From positions 215,016,001 through 215,080,000 of the forward strand of contig OX597815.1 of assembly GCA_951406725.2 (NCBI GenBank): DNA of 64,000 nucleotides. Direction: 5' to 3'. Made by a program: the position numbers and the translations under genes. How positions within the stretch are numbered: position 1 is the first letter of the stretch; each line of letters starts with the position of its first letter. Positions 1-12,834 of the stretch are shown one piece after another. The notes under the pieces are model-generated. The model did no database searches and was not told the DNA's origin. It worked only from the letters and a program-made list of their open reading frames with translations. This DNA is from Octopus vulgaris (lineage: Eukaryota).

Positions 1-594
1 TTGTAAAAGAGCACAAATATTCAATAACTTTTTGCCTGAAATATTTACACACAATGGCATTAAAAATGGATTGAAATTGAAATAATAGTAACTGGTAATT
101 AAAGATATGCTGAAATCTTACTTCATCTTCTTCTTCTGTGGATTCATAAGACTTACAAGTGAAAGACCTGGATTTTCTATACCAGTGAGATTTAAATCTT
201 CATAAATTCAAGAGTATAAACAGCTTCATACTCAAGTTGAGTGTTGCATTGAAAATACTCTGTTTTTCTACCCTGTCAGTATCTTAATATGCATATATAT
301 ATACACACACAAGCATGTATATACATGTGTATGTGTGTATATTAGTACTAGATGCCTTATGGTACTTAACAATGGCTAATTAAATTCATTCCCAACAATA
401 CAAAGTACTGTGTTGTACTATAACATTTGAAGATATATAATATATATATATATATACAAAAATTCTATAATTGTAAGCATAATTAGAATTAGGGTTCAGC
501 AAAAATTGCTTCACCACATACAGTAACTTAGAAATAGCAGTTGAATACTATTCTACTACCATAAGATATCTCCCAGATTTTTATTATTATTATC

Positions 595-631
<37 letters not shown>

Positions 632-979
632 CAATAGCACTGAAATATCACTACTGATATAGTAGTTTTTATTACTATTGATGATATTAATAACTTGGTT
701 GTTGTTACTATGGTAGTCTTTATCAATACATGACACTGAACAGTATAACAAAATGTTGCTTCTATAATATATATCAATGTAAGACTATTTCTAGAGTAAG
801 ACAAATTATCAATTCTAGATCATACTATTTGACAGGGCATGCTCTAGTTGTCACAATAAGCTATATTATGAATAATAAACAATTGGCTGAGCATAGATTC
901 ATCTTAATAGTATGTTGTATTTAATGAGGATGCTTTCAATCAATATATGTATTTATTAATTATATTAACTAAACTTTAA

Positions 980-1190
980 CCCTTTTGATACCTACATGCC
1001 TGAGAACACTCTGGTTTGATGATGCAAATTTTCTGTTTTAAAGTTAAAACCTGCTGTCAAAATTTCATCGTAATTTATGTTCCAAACATTTGATTAATAA
1101 TGACAAAAGCTATTTTACTAAATTGTTCATATTTTTCAAAATTAATTAAAACAAAAGCTGTGTGTTTCAACATATATCGTAACAAAAGGG
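980..1190. mobile_element. piggyBac-type MITE (family with CCCTTTTG terminal inverted repeats)
   Basis: TTAA|CCCTTTTGATAC ... GTAACAAAAGGG|TTGA. An inverted copy lies at 8798-9006 and a related element at 33576-33785. Confidence 0.7.
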
Positions 1191-1929
1191 TTGAGGAGGC
1201 TTGTGGCTAGCAGCATTGTGCATGGATTCTAGAAAAAGATTATAAATGTGCTGTAATAAAATAAAAATAGTATCTCAAATGATATTTTAGAGCTGTTGCA
1301 AAAAGGGAAATTTGATTTTTAGAGTTCCAGAACAGAGTTCTTTTAAAAGAAAAATATATATACAGAAGTAGGCGAGATGAGCAACATAAGAATATTAATG
1401 GTATTTTTGCATGTGGAGAATTATTTACTATGATGAGACACATTTTGTTTCGCAGTGCTGTGTGTGTGTGTGTCTGTGTGTCTGTGGGTGTGTGTGTGTG
1501 TCTGTGTGTCTGTGTGTGTGTGTGTGTGTGTGTTTCATTTTCATTTTATATTTTCCATACTATCATGAGTTGGACAGGTCAACTGCAACACATTGTCTTG
1601 CCTCTTGTTGCAGTCTTTCATTATTTTCTTCATAAGATCAGGCTCTAAATCTTTGATATATATATAGGCGGTGCCCCAGCATGGCCACAGTCAAATGACT
1701 GAAACAAATAAAAGAATATATCTCAAAGATATATTTTTATAACTGGACATATATTTAACTGCATATAAATATGCATATATGTGTGTGTGTATATAGATAT
1801 ATATATATCATCATCATCATCATTCATTTAGCGTCCGTTTTCCATGCTAGCATGGGTTGGACGGTTCAACTGGAGTCTGGGGAGCCCGAAGGCTGCACCA
1901 GGCCATATATATATATATATATGTATGTA

Positions 1930-1969
<40 letters not shown>

Positions 1970-1983
1970 CATATATATATGTA

Positions 1984-2022
<39 letters not shown>

Positions 2023-2544
2023 TGGAAGTCAGCTTGTGCCCAAGTATGACTATTTCCTTAACTTAGCAAGTCTGTGCAAGCTTTCCCTAAGTCCAAGAAG
2101 TTTTTGTGCCTGAAATCGTTTTGAGTGGAATCGTGCGGGTGTGAAGCCGTGCAACCAGTGGCATAACGGAGGTTGAGACAACCAGAAACCAGCCACACTT
2201 CAGGGTTTTTTTTTTATATGAGATTCCCTTCTATTTGAAGGAAGTTATAACAAAGACTAGGAGTTTTTCACTTCCATTGGTTCACATGCTAATTAATCCA
2301 TAGCAAGATCCTAACAGGTGTTACTACTCAGGATCAGAGTGGACCTGGGAACACTAGTGGCTAAGAGATGGCTCCACACTCCTCAATCCTGGAACTCCTT
2401 TAACCAGGCCCAACAACTGGATGGAGTTTAAAGTCATATACAGGAAAAAAATATACATAGATATATAGGTGCTGTGTTATATTAAGTATATATTATATAT
2501 ATCAAAATATATATATACACGCATATATATATATATATATATAT

Positions 2545-2896
2545 AAGAATGTTTTGCGTAATAAGATAAAAAACAAGGCTGTATAGATATTAGAGCATTT
2601 ATAGATAGAAGGTCTTACAGCTGTTTCTAGGATATTAATTAATAATATCCCTTAATATTAATTAATATCCTAGAACCACTGTAAGACCTTCTATCTATAA
2701 ATGCTCTAATATCTATACAGCCTTGGTTTTTTATCTTGTTGCGCAAAACATTCTTATATACACACGCTGACATAGAACCAACGTTGAACCCTTTATTCGC
2801 AATATTACCGAATCTGGACCTTAACTATGGTCTGTCTATAGCACTTATTCAGCATTACCTGACATCTTTGGTTCTCAATGACACCACTATCTCTTA
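2545..2896 (+). mobile_element. Fold-back element in (TA)n; probable 5'-truncated, 5'-inverted Penelope-like pseudo-LTR
   Basis: Near-perfect inverted repeat 2545-2755 with ~100-bp arms. The right arm continues as a unique tail to ~2896. The left arm read on the minus strand gives stem II plus GAAA-C-AGCT-G-TA, the 3' half of a hammerhead. Confidence 0.7.
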
Positions 2897-3056
2897 TACA
2901 TATAAACTTAGATATGTTTTGACCAAAGATAGGTCCAGGCCATGTCTGACTTAATATTAATAGCACCACCTGATAGGATTAGCTAAATCCTTTTTAAGTA
3001 ATGTTTTCTGGTATCATGGTCCATTCAAGTAGGGAGTTCTTGTTGAATGAGTTGTA

Positions 3057-3439
3057 TCTCTCTATATATAAACGGCAGTTTGTCTGTGCGTGTTTCTGTG
3101 TGTCTGTTTGCTTGTACCCTCACCCTGACCACGGCTTTCAACCGATTCTGATGAAACTTGACACACACATAGCCCAATGTCATAATTCAAAACTAACGCA
3201 GCCAAAATTTTGAAAAGTTCCCCCAGTTCTGAAAAAAATCGATAAATTCGACATGGGGTCCAGAATCAGAAACACGAACCACAAACTGTCTAGGGGACGC
3301 AACTCCATCCTTTTTTAACTCTCAAAAAAATTTACCATCATTTTTTTCCATTTTTTGCTATTTTTTGGCTATAACTCTCTAAAAATGCTTTATAGTTATT
3401 TCCCTTACAAATCTGAGCAACGCCGGGCGATACTGCTAG
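3057..3439 (+). mobile_element. Non-autonomous Helitron
   Basis: Starts TC(TCTCTATATATAAA), ends with the GC-rich subterminal motif gagcaacgccggg then CTAG. Sits between host A (3056) and T (3440) with no TSD. Confidence 0.85.
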
Positions 3440-3612
3440 TTCAAGTATAAATGGCTTATCCGGTATTCCTTGAAAAAATTTGTCCAGATTCTGTTTAAAG
3501 GTGATAGGATCCTTTTCCTCTTTGATCTATTTCAGGACAATGTTAAATATCATCATCATCATCAATTAACATTTGTTTTCCATGTTTTCATATATGGTAT
3601 ACACATGGGGGT

Positions 3613-3915
3613 GGAGGCGCAATGGCCCAGTGGTTAGGGCAGTAGACTCGCGATCGGAGGATCATGTTTTCGATTCCCAGACTGGGCGTTGTTTGTGTTT
3701 ATTGAGCGAAAACACCTAAAAGCTCCACGAGGCTCCGACAGGGGGTGGTGGTGACCCCTGTTGTACTCTTTCGCCACAACTTTCTCTCACTCTTTCTTTC
3801 TGTTTCTTGAGTAATGCTGCAATGGACTGGTGCCCTGTCCAGCTGAAGGGAACACATACGCCAAAGAAACCAGGAAACCAGGCCCATGGGCCTGGCTAGG
3901 CTTCAAAGAGGACGA
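3613..3915 (+). mobile_element. tRNA-derived SINE (tRNA-Arg-like head; resembles octopus OR-type SINEs)
   Basis: A-box-like tggcccagtgg, gactcgcgatc anticodon-like arm, B-box-like gttttcgattcc. A second, 3'-truncated copy is on the minus strand at ~25000-25163. Confidence 0.75.
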
Positions 3916-4614
3916 TGAAAGAAAAATACTCATAGGGAGGGACACTGAGAAATAAAGAGAAAGGATGGAGGCAAAATTTGATTGAGAAAGAAGTTTGTGT
4001 GTGTTGTTGTGTATGAAGAAGAGAAGAAGTGGATAAAGATGAGAATGGGTGGAAGTAAAAGGAATAAGAATACCTGAAAGAGACAAAATGAAACACAAGG
4101 AAAATTGAAGTGAGGCATGAAGCAAAATTATTAAGAATTACTGAAAGGAGGCAGAATGAACCCTCTCATTTCTGACAGGTACTACATTGCTGTGTGTATA
4201 TATGTGTGTGTGAGTATGTATATATGTGTGTATATATAGATAGATAGATAGATACATACATACATACATACATACATACATACATAGATGTAAATTTGTG
4301 TGTATGTTTGCATGTTATATGATATAAACAAGAATTACATATTCCAAACCATGGGTTTTTTTTGTTTTGTTTTATTTGTACCTTCAGGCAGCCATACAAC
4401 CCAGGTATGTTGATCTCAATCCTACATATGTAAGACCCTACACGGTTCCAACTCAAGCAAAAAATTTGCATATACACACACAGATACATACATACATACA
4501 TAAATTGAATATTTCAGTATATCACTACACATGCTTTCATAGCATGTTTATTCCAAATACAAATACAGTTGCATCACTTAATAGATGATATTATAAGTTA
4601 TATTCCTCACCAAC

Positions 4615-4656
<42 letters not shown>

Positions 4657-4982
4657 CTTACACTTATATACATATTTACAAAATATATTTATATTATTGC
4701 TATATTAACACAAGTCAATGTTTGATAATATATTTTATTACCGCACTGGTGTTTGAATAACATTTATTTTATATGCTGTCATATAATAATTAATATTAAC
4801 AATTTTAACAATATATACTATTATCACTCTGCTGTGTTTTCAATATTAATTATATCAGAAGTGCTCTCTCTCTAATTATTTCGTTCTAACTGCTTGTTTG
4901 CTTACTCTTGGCTTTCTAAAATTTAATATTGACCATTTGAAATAGTCAGACTGAAGCTGGTTTGTCATTTGTTTTATTCTTT

Positions 4983-5036
<54 letters not shown>

Positions 5037-5606
5037 GTACATATATATACATATACATATGTATACATATACATATATATATACATATATATACATATAC
5101 ATACATATATATATATATATATGTGTGTGTATATATATATATATATATGTGTGTGTATATATATGTATATATATATATATATATATTTTTATATATATTT
5201 TATATTTTATCTAGTTTCAGGTCACGAGCTGTGGCCATGCTGGGGCACTGCCATTATATATACATATAATGTATATATAAAATGCTATATATGATATATA
5301 TGTTATATATAAACATATGTATATATGTATACATACATATTATTTGTGTATGTATATATGATTTATATATATATATAAAAACACAATTTTTTAACAAGAA
5401 TAGTGTTGACATAACTTCAAATTTCATTCTGTGTAGCCTTCTTCATCAGCCTGTCCAATTAAGGCTACAAAGCCAAAACTTTGCAGTTACAGTCAACACT
5501 GTTCTTGTTGAAGAATAATAAATATGTACTGTATGAAAAGTATGAGTTATCCTTCAGTATAATGTAAAGTTGTTTTTGGTGAGTGTGTGTGTGTATATGT
5601 ATGCAG

Positions 5607-5645
<39 letters not shown>

Positions 5646-5696
5646 GTGACTGCTTGATAATTCAGAAACTATCTTCTTTGTCTATGTTTAATTCAG

Positions 5697-5831
5697 GAGT
5701 GACTGTGGATTGCTCTCCAAATAAAGAGGATGAAAAACCCTGTCATGTGAACGCAGTGTGCACTCAGATTGGTCACACGTACCGGTGCAAGTGTAAGGAT
5801 GGTTATCGAGGCAATGGACGCTGGTGTCAAC
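5697..5831 (+). CDS. NELL: NELL-like protein, internal exon A (EGF-like domain); the gene begins upstream of the window
   Basis: ttcag| acceptor and |gtaagt donor, phase 1-1, 135 bp. Encodes VTVDCSPNKEDEKPCHVNAVCTQIGHTYRCKCKDGYRGNGRWCQ, a 6-Cys EGF pattern. Confidence 0.9.
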
Positions 5832-6154
5832 GTAAGTCCTGATATTAATCTTGTTTCTCATTGCACTTATATGTATCATCATTGTCATCATCATCATCAT
5901 CATCATCATATAATGTCCGTTTCCCATGCTGGTGTATGTTAGATGGTTTGACCAGAGCTGGTAAGCTGGAGAGCTGCACCCAGCTCCAGATGTCTTGGTT
6001 TCCATAGCTGGATGCCCATCCTAACAACAACCACTTTACAGAGTGAACTGGATGCCTTTTATGTGTCACTGGCACTGATCACTACCACAATTTCACTTAG
6101 CTTGATGTGTCTTCTCAAACATAGCAAATCGCCAGAAGTCTCACATACAGCAGT

Positions 6155-6380
6155 AAGGCAGCAGAACTGTTAGCACACCGGGAGAAATGCTTAACGGTAT
6201 TTCGTCTGCCGCTATGTTCTGAGTTCAAATTCCGCCGAGGTCGACTTTGCCTTTCATCCTTTCGGGGTCGATTGAATAAGTACCAGTTACGCACTGGGGT
6301 CGATATAATCGACTTAATCTGTTTGTCTGTCCTTGTTTGTCCCCTCTGTGTAGCCCCTTGTGGGCAGTAAAGAAATAAGA
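6155..6380 (+). mobile_element. tRNA-derived SINE family C (representative copy)
   Basis: ggcag...gagttcaaattccgccgagg...ggggtcgat...taaagaaataag. More than 15 copies are present, e.g. 12325-13050 (x3), 17555-17790, 17900-18570 (x3, minus), 20500-20760, 20975-21590 (x3, minus), 31095-31290, 32798-33000, 47320-47470, 48355-48570. Confidence 0.85.
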
Positions 6381-7287
6381 GGTCTCACATACATACACAT
6401 ATATGTATACACTCACACACATGCATATCTATGTGTATGTATACATCATCAACGTCTTTTAATGTCTATGTTCCATGCTGACTTGGTCTGGATGGTTTCA
6501 CAGGATCCAAAGACTGCATTGTGTTCCAATGTCTGCTTTGGCATGGTTTCTATGGCTGGATGCCCTTCCTAATGCCAACCACTTCACAGTGTATACAGGC
6601 TGCTGTTCTCATGCCACCAGCATTACTGAGATTGCAGTTTACAAGAGAGAAAGTTGGCTTTATGCTTGTGAGGAAAGGGTTCAGGGGCCCTGAGGGGCAC
6701 GTACCCACCCCAAGGAAAGAAGTGCACCTTTCTAAATAACGTTATTACACCCTTTTCTCCTGAAATTTTATTCCCTTCTGACTTTGTGCCCTCCCTTCGA
6801 AAAATTCCTGGGAGTTAAAGTATGAGAGAAGGGTAGTGGGATAGAGCAGGTTCTTGCAGAGGAATTGCTTGGCTACTCACATTTACTACAAGAGGGAGAG
6901 AATGACCAGTTCAAGCTATGAAGAGATAAATGGTCACGATGAGATGTCCAAGTAACCACTCAAAGCACAAGGTGAGTAAAGGTGGGTGCGGAGTTTGCGA
7001 GTTTGTATGGGAGTGGGAGATGAGGAAATGGGGAGGCAGACTACAACTGTAAATTTTGTAGGGCTGAAGGGTGGATGACCAATGAGTCATAAGTTGGAGC
7101 AGAGAAAAGCAGGGAGAGAAAGCAAGGAGATAGTAATGATGATACAGTTGACAAGGGGAGGACAAAAGAGAGAAATGACATGCTGTTGGGTAGGCTACAT
7201 GAGTAGTGGGAAGAGAATATGTGTGTGTATATATATATATGTGTGTGTGCATGTGTATATATATATATATATATATACATACATGCA

Positions 7288-7323
<36 letters not shown>

Positions 7324-7339
7324 TGTACACACACACACT

Positions 7340-7370
<31 letters not shown>

Positions 7371-7691
7371 TAGAGCTTATTTGACAGCTCTTCTGTTTTG
7401 TCTACCAGGCTATTCAAGGACCTTTATCTAACATGTGTGTGAGTACATGTATGTATATGTACATAAAACAGGTGTATAAAAGTAAACAACACATTCCATG
7501 CAGTATATCACTAAATAATTGACCAGCTTTTGTTCCTGCAACAATTCTACCCTTTTCACTTCTGTGCAGGGTGTCAAGCTATCAGTTGAATATTCAGTAG
7601 CTCATTTCCTGGCAAAGACTCATCTTTCAGTAGCTCAATGCATCTAGATATAAGCAGATACAATAAATAATTCTTCAGTTGTTGTCTTTAA

Positions 7692-8257
7692 CCCTTTAGC
7701 ATTTAAACTGGCCATATCTGGCCAACTATTCTGCATGTTTTATGTTCAAACTGGTTAGGTCTGACCTCTAACATCTATCCTACAATATCAATATCTAGTA
7801 TGAACCTGGAAAAATTTTAAGCAGAGAGTTACTTACTTGCAAATAAATGTGTTAACATGTGACATTATTGACCGAGGTTACCGTGGTCTTTTCCGCAGGC
7901 TTTTCTTTCCACGGATAAACCTTATCTGTTGCCACCTTTACACTTTACATCATGACATTTCTGTGATACACGATCCCTATTGATCGTTTTTTGTTTTTTT
8001 ACGATCCCTTTTGATCGAAAACCTACTCCCCTTTTTTTCTTTTTTTTTCTCCCCAAAAAGAAAAGCTCTACTTTGTAATTTGTCCCCTCTGTGTGGCTAA
8101 TAAAGAAGCTAATATTAGCCCTGTGTAGCTAATAAAGAAGCATAAATATAAGCAATCACATCATTAGAATCTTAAAACTACAAGATAATGTATGATTAAT
8201 TTAAAAGAATTTGAATATAAGCATTACATTTGACAGAGAAATCTAAATGCTAAAGGG
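7692..8257. mobile_element. piggyBac-type MITE (CCCTTTAGCATT TIR) carrying a nested ~350-bp insertion
   Basis: TTAA (7688-7691) CCCTTTAGCATTTA ... TAAATGCTAAAGGG TTAA (8258-8261). Copies lacking this insert lie at 33367-33800 and 47959-48156. Confidence 0.8.
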
Positions 8258-8419
8258 TTAATCAGTAAGTTATCATACAACTGTCAGATTTTGGGGCAAC
8301 TTTTTGTAGGAGGTGAAGTACCCATTATGTTTTATAAACGTTGAACTGTTAGACTAAAATCCTCATCTCAAACCTTCCTTGGAATATAGTTTAGAGGGGA
8401 TTGCTTAATTATGATAGTT

Positions 8420-8775
8420 ATCATCATCATCATCATCGTTTAACGTCTGCTTTCCATGCTAGCATGGGTTGGACGATTTGACTGCGGTCTGGCAAACCAG
8501 AAGGTTGCACCAGGCACCAATCTGATCTAGCAGAGTTTCTACAGCTGGATGCCCTTCCTAATGCCAACCACCCCGAGAGGGTGCTTTTATGTGCCACTGG
8601 CACGAGGGCCAGTCAGGTGGTACTGGCAGCGACCACGCTCAAATGGTGCTTTTTATGTGCCACCTGCACAGGCGCCAGTCCAGCGGCACTGGCAACGACC
8701 TTGCTCGAATGTTTTTTCACATGCCACCAGCACAAGTGCCAGTAATGTGATGCAGGTAATGATCATGCTCGAATG
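8420..8775 (-). mobile_element. Interspersed retroposon family B with (GAT)n tail (SINE or RTE-tail-like; representative copy)
   Basis: Conserved core ggcattaggaagggcatccagctgtagaaac ... caacccatgctagcatggaaa ... (gat)n, with internal gtgccaccggcac repeats. Other copies: 1808-1904, 5880-6075, 6444-6620, 9086-9420, 13968-14297, 14570-14655, 15715-15860 (minus); 22918-23184, 26780-26958 (plus). Confidence 0.8.
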
Positions 8776-9696
8776 GTGCTTGTCTAGATATATATAACCC
8801 TTTTGTTGCCATATTCCTGTTGAAATACACTGTCTTTCATTCAAGTAATTTTGGAAATAATGAAGAATTTAGTAAAATAACTTTTGTTGTTATTAAGCTG
8901 GTGCTTGAAACATAAATTAACATGAAATTTTGAGGGATGGTTTTAATTTAGAACACTTTAAAAGCAGGAAGTTTGTTTCTTAGAACCAGAGTTGGTATCA
9001 AAAGGGATAAACTGCAGCCAAGATAAAGTTTTCAGTAATATCCAAATAATGCAATGAATTTGACAGAGCATTTATCCCAAATATTTCATCATCATCATCA
9101 TCATCGTTTAATATCCACTTTCCGTGCTAGCACGGGTTGGAAGGTTCAACTGGGGTCTGGGAAGCCAGGAGGCTGCACCAGGCTCCAGTCTGATCTGGCA
9201 GTGTTTCTACAGCTGGATGCCCTTGCTAACGCCAACCACTCTGTGAGTGTAGTGGGTGCTTTTTACATGCCACCGACACAGGTGCCAGGGGAGGCTGGCA
9301 GTGGCAACGATCAGTGGGTGCTTTTTTACATGCCACCAGCACAGAAACCAGACAAGGTGGCGCTGGCATTGGCCACGTTCGGATGCTGCTTTTTATGTGC
9401 CACCGGCACGGGTATCATAACTACAATTTCCATTTGATATTTATTTGATGGTAAAAAAAAATATCTCTATTTTTGTAGACGATACTAGTTATTTATTAGT
9501 CAAGTTTGATGCTTCAGTATAAATTGATTTTACATTCCAAACAGCCCCATGAAGATGTTTTGAGTAAATTTTCCTTGTTGCTTGCAAACATATGCATATT
9601 TCTGGACATTATATTACTTCACAAATATTTTTTTTCAAGCCACTAATTGTTTTATATCGCAAATTATTCATACTTTTGTTATATTCGTTTATACAG

Positions 9697-9792
9697 CTGT
9701 ATGTGAGTCGGAGTGTAAAAATGGTGGTCGCTGCATTGCTCCAAATAAATGTGAATGCCGATATGGATATGTGGGTAAATATTGTGAAAATG
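9697..9792 (+). CDS. NELL: NELL-like exon B (short EGF domain)
   Basis: tacag| ... |gtaagt, phase 1-1, 96 bp. [31 protein letters not shown] resembles the short NELL EGF (C.NGG.CI..N.C.C..G..G..CE). Confidence 0.93.
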
Positions 9793-10611
9793 GTAAGTTT
9801 CTTCACTAAAATTTCAAATGTTTCTGTTGTTTTGGAATGTGACTCAGGGAAAACTCTTTGTTGAAAATTGATATTAAAATTAATCTCTTTTGTTGTAAAT
9901 AATAAATTATTTAAGCCTACAATTTTTTATGTTACACCCTGCAAGAAGCAAATTTCCATATTCATACCATTTTGGTGTGGCTGACATCAGATTAACTGTC
10001 ATCAAATTCATCATGCCATATTAAATGTTTAGTAGAATACAGAATATTTTCCTATATACTGTTTTTCTGACATATAAGTTACAATAGAATATAGTGTAAC
10101 ATTCAAATATTGTTACTCACTTTCCAAATCCTGAAGTATTTTACATAGATTTCTTTTTTTGGTCCTGCTGTATAAGTTGACCTACCTTTTTTGGTCAGAA
10201 AACTTCAACTTATATGTGGAAAAATATGGTATGACTTAAAACAGAATTTAGTTTTAAAATGTTATAATTTATATAATTACCAGGGCTGTCATAGTAGCAT
10301 TATAGGTCCCTGAACAAATCAATGTCTTGGGCCTTATATTTATTTGTTGAGAGCAAGCCACACCATACAAGGATCTAAATTGAGCCCTTTAAACTGTGGG
10401 TCCCCTGGGAAGATACCCAGTTTGCCAATGCCTTAAGATGGCAATATAACCACCCCAAACTGACAGAGAAACTCTTTTTTACTTTATTTTCTATGTCATC
10501 CTCTTTCTTTTTCTTTTCTTTTCCTTACACTTGCCTCTGTATACATCTCTTTCCAATAAGCTTTTACTGTATTTTAGTTGTTTCATTGTATGTTCCATCA
10601 TTTTGTTTCAG

Positions 10612-10755
10612 ATATCAATGAATGTAAACTGGGTATTGATGCCTGTCAGGGCCAGTCAGAATGTGTCAACATTCCTGGATGGTACTACTGCCGTTGCAAA
10701 CAGGGATATGATAGCTCTTGGCATCAACACTCCATGTATGGCTTGCAATGTGCAG
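10612..10755 (+). CDS. NELL: NELL-like exon C (calcium-binding EGF)
   Basis: tttcag| ... |gtaatt, phase 1-1, 144 bp. DINECKLGIDACQGQSECVNIPGWYYCRCKQGYDSSWHQHSMYGLQCA has the NELL-type N.PGWY.C motif and the long loop before the last Cys. Confidence 0.95.
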
Positions 10756-10889
10756 GTAATTTACATTTTCATCAACATCCATCTTCATTGTCATATTGTA
10801 CATATTTTCCCAGAAACCATTTGTTAGTGAATAATAAATTAGAATATAATATATAGATTTATCAGTGAAAAGAATGAACTTATGTTATA

Positions 10890-11283
10890 CTAGTAGTATC
10901 ACCCGGCGTTGCTCGGGTTTGTTTTCTTTTCAACCCTTTAGAATTGGAATTTTTGAAAAGTAAAAATTTTGCATTATGTAGCTTGTTATTCTCTTTAAGT
11001 GAACATTTTTCTGGTTGAAATACACCGAAAAATGGTGATACAGCAGTCAAAAAATTGTAAAAAATAGGGATTTTCATAGAAAAAAAGCACCTTTTTTATG
11101 TAAATAATTTTTGGTGCTAACATGGTCCAATTTGAATTTTATCTTCTACGAAATAAAGAGCAAGCCTTTTTCTATCATACTCTCAATTTTGGTCAATGTG
11201 TGCTGCAGGGTCTCGGAGGAGATGGTGTTAGTTGAAGGCTACCAAACCTGCCACACACAGACAACTTCAGCTTTATATATATA
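10890..11283 (-). mobile_element. Non-autonomous Helitron, related to the 3057-3439 copy
   Basis: Minus-strand 3' end cccgagcaacgccgggtgatactaCTAG|T. The 5' region (TA)n-aagctgaagttgtctgtg resembles the first copy. Confidence 0.8.
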
Positions 11284-12056
11284 TAATAATATAATATAAT
11301 GAAATTATTGTATACAGTGCTCAGGTGCACCACAACTTGTCAGAAAGTGCATATAAAGTACATGCAGTAATGTAAAAATGTCTGGAAAGCAAACAATGTA
11401 TGAGTCAGATACATGCTTGTGTGTGTAAGGAGGGGAGAAAATCAGGTGTAGTGTTGGCGAATCTCAGAAAGCATGGAAGTTTTGAAGGATGCAGTGCTCC
11501 GACAACTAACAACTGATTCCGGCAGTTTGTTCCACACTTCAGCAACTCTCAGCATGAAAAAATGTTTCCTGAAGTCATGGGAGCTGTGCTGTTTTCTGAC
11601 TTTGTAAACATGTCCACGGGTGTTAGATGGGTGGAGTTTGAAAAGATGCTCAGAGTTATTGTTTTCACGATGGTTGATAATTTTATGGGTGTCTGCCAAG
11701 TCAGTTGCCAGACGTCGGAGTTTCAATGTGTCCATGCCCAGGGAAGTAAGGCATTCAGGATATGGCAAATGCCTGATGGAGGGTATTCTTTTGGTTGCAC
11801 GTCGCTGAACGGCTTCCAGACGATTGATATCCTGGGCAAGATAGGGGTTCCAGACCGGTGATGCAAATTCCAGGTGAGGTCTTACCATAGCTATATAAAG
11901 CCGCAGATAGATAGCCGGAGAGCGGCTCACAAAGGATTTGTTGAGTGATGCCAAGACACCCTCAGCCTTCTTGACAATTTTAGCGATGTGTTTTGTCCAA
12001 TGCAAATCACTGTCGACAATAACACCCAGGTCAGGTTCACATGAAGACTTTTTGAG
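11284..12056 (-). mobile_element. 5'-truncated CR1-group LINE (RT C-terminal region plus 3' UTR)
   Basis: ORF 11442-12116 contains DLGVIVDSDL..., LYIAMVRPHLEFASPVWNP, LEAVQRRATK, NTRGH..K and FF..RVAEVWNKLP. The 3' UTR ends in an (ATT/ATATT)n tail. The first ~20 aa of the ORF come from flanking DNA. Confidence 0.9.
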
Positions 12057-12781
12057 ATAGATATATATGGGGCTTGGGTTAGAAAAAACACACAGTAATA
12101 AATTAATCATCTCCATTCAGTTTGTGACTAGAATCTATGGCAGATTCCTTGACACCAAACTCTTAGCCAGCAGCAACAAAGCTTCCAATGTCATGTATTT
12201 TCTTGCAGACTTCTCTGCATTATTTGTTAAGATCAGGTGCCTTTGTATTTTTGTCTCCTTAAACTTATGAACCTTGCACCAAAATTTGAAACCATTATTT
12301 TTTTTTTTTTTTTTTAAGATTGTTAGCTGGCAGAACCTTCAGCATGCCAGTCAAAATGTTTAGTGGTATTTCTTCGGGTTTTACATTCTGAGTTCAAATG
12401 CCACCTAAGTCAACTTTGCCTTTTCATCCTTTCAGGGTCGATGAAATGCATACCAATTGAGCACTGGGTTCAATCTAATCGGCTAGCCTCCTCCTCCAAA
12501 ATTGCTGGCCTTGTGATTAAATTTGAAACCATTATTTTAAGGTGGCAAGCTGGCGAAATTGTTACAATGCTAGGAAAAATACTTAGCAGCATTTCGTCCA
12601 TCTCTATGCTTTGAGTTCAAATTCTACTGAGCTCCACTTTGCCTTTTATCCTTTCAGGATCTATAAAATAAGTACCAGTTGTCATTGGGGTCAATGTAAT
12701 CGACTTGCCCCTCCCCCAAACTAGCTGACCTTGTGTCAAAATTTAAAATCATTATTTTTATTTTTATTATTATTATTATTA

Positions 12782-12834
<53 letters not shown>

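Noticed and set aside
3613-3690. Possible tRNA gene (also 25090-25163 and the SINE A/C heads)
   Set aside because: The tRNA-like head continues into a repeated SINE body and has no proper acceptor stem or terminator.
1-5696. Additional NELL exons upstream of exon A
   Set aside because: No Cys-patterned EGF, VWC or LamG reading frame with splice sites was found by eye. The region is treated as intron, though a very small exon could be missed.
1411-7431. Many YIYI/CVCV/HTHT ORFs here and at 21.9-22.5 kb and 37.5-38.6 kb
   Set aside because: They are translations of dinucleotide microsatellites.
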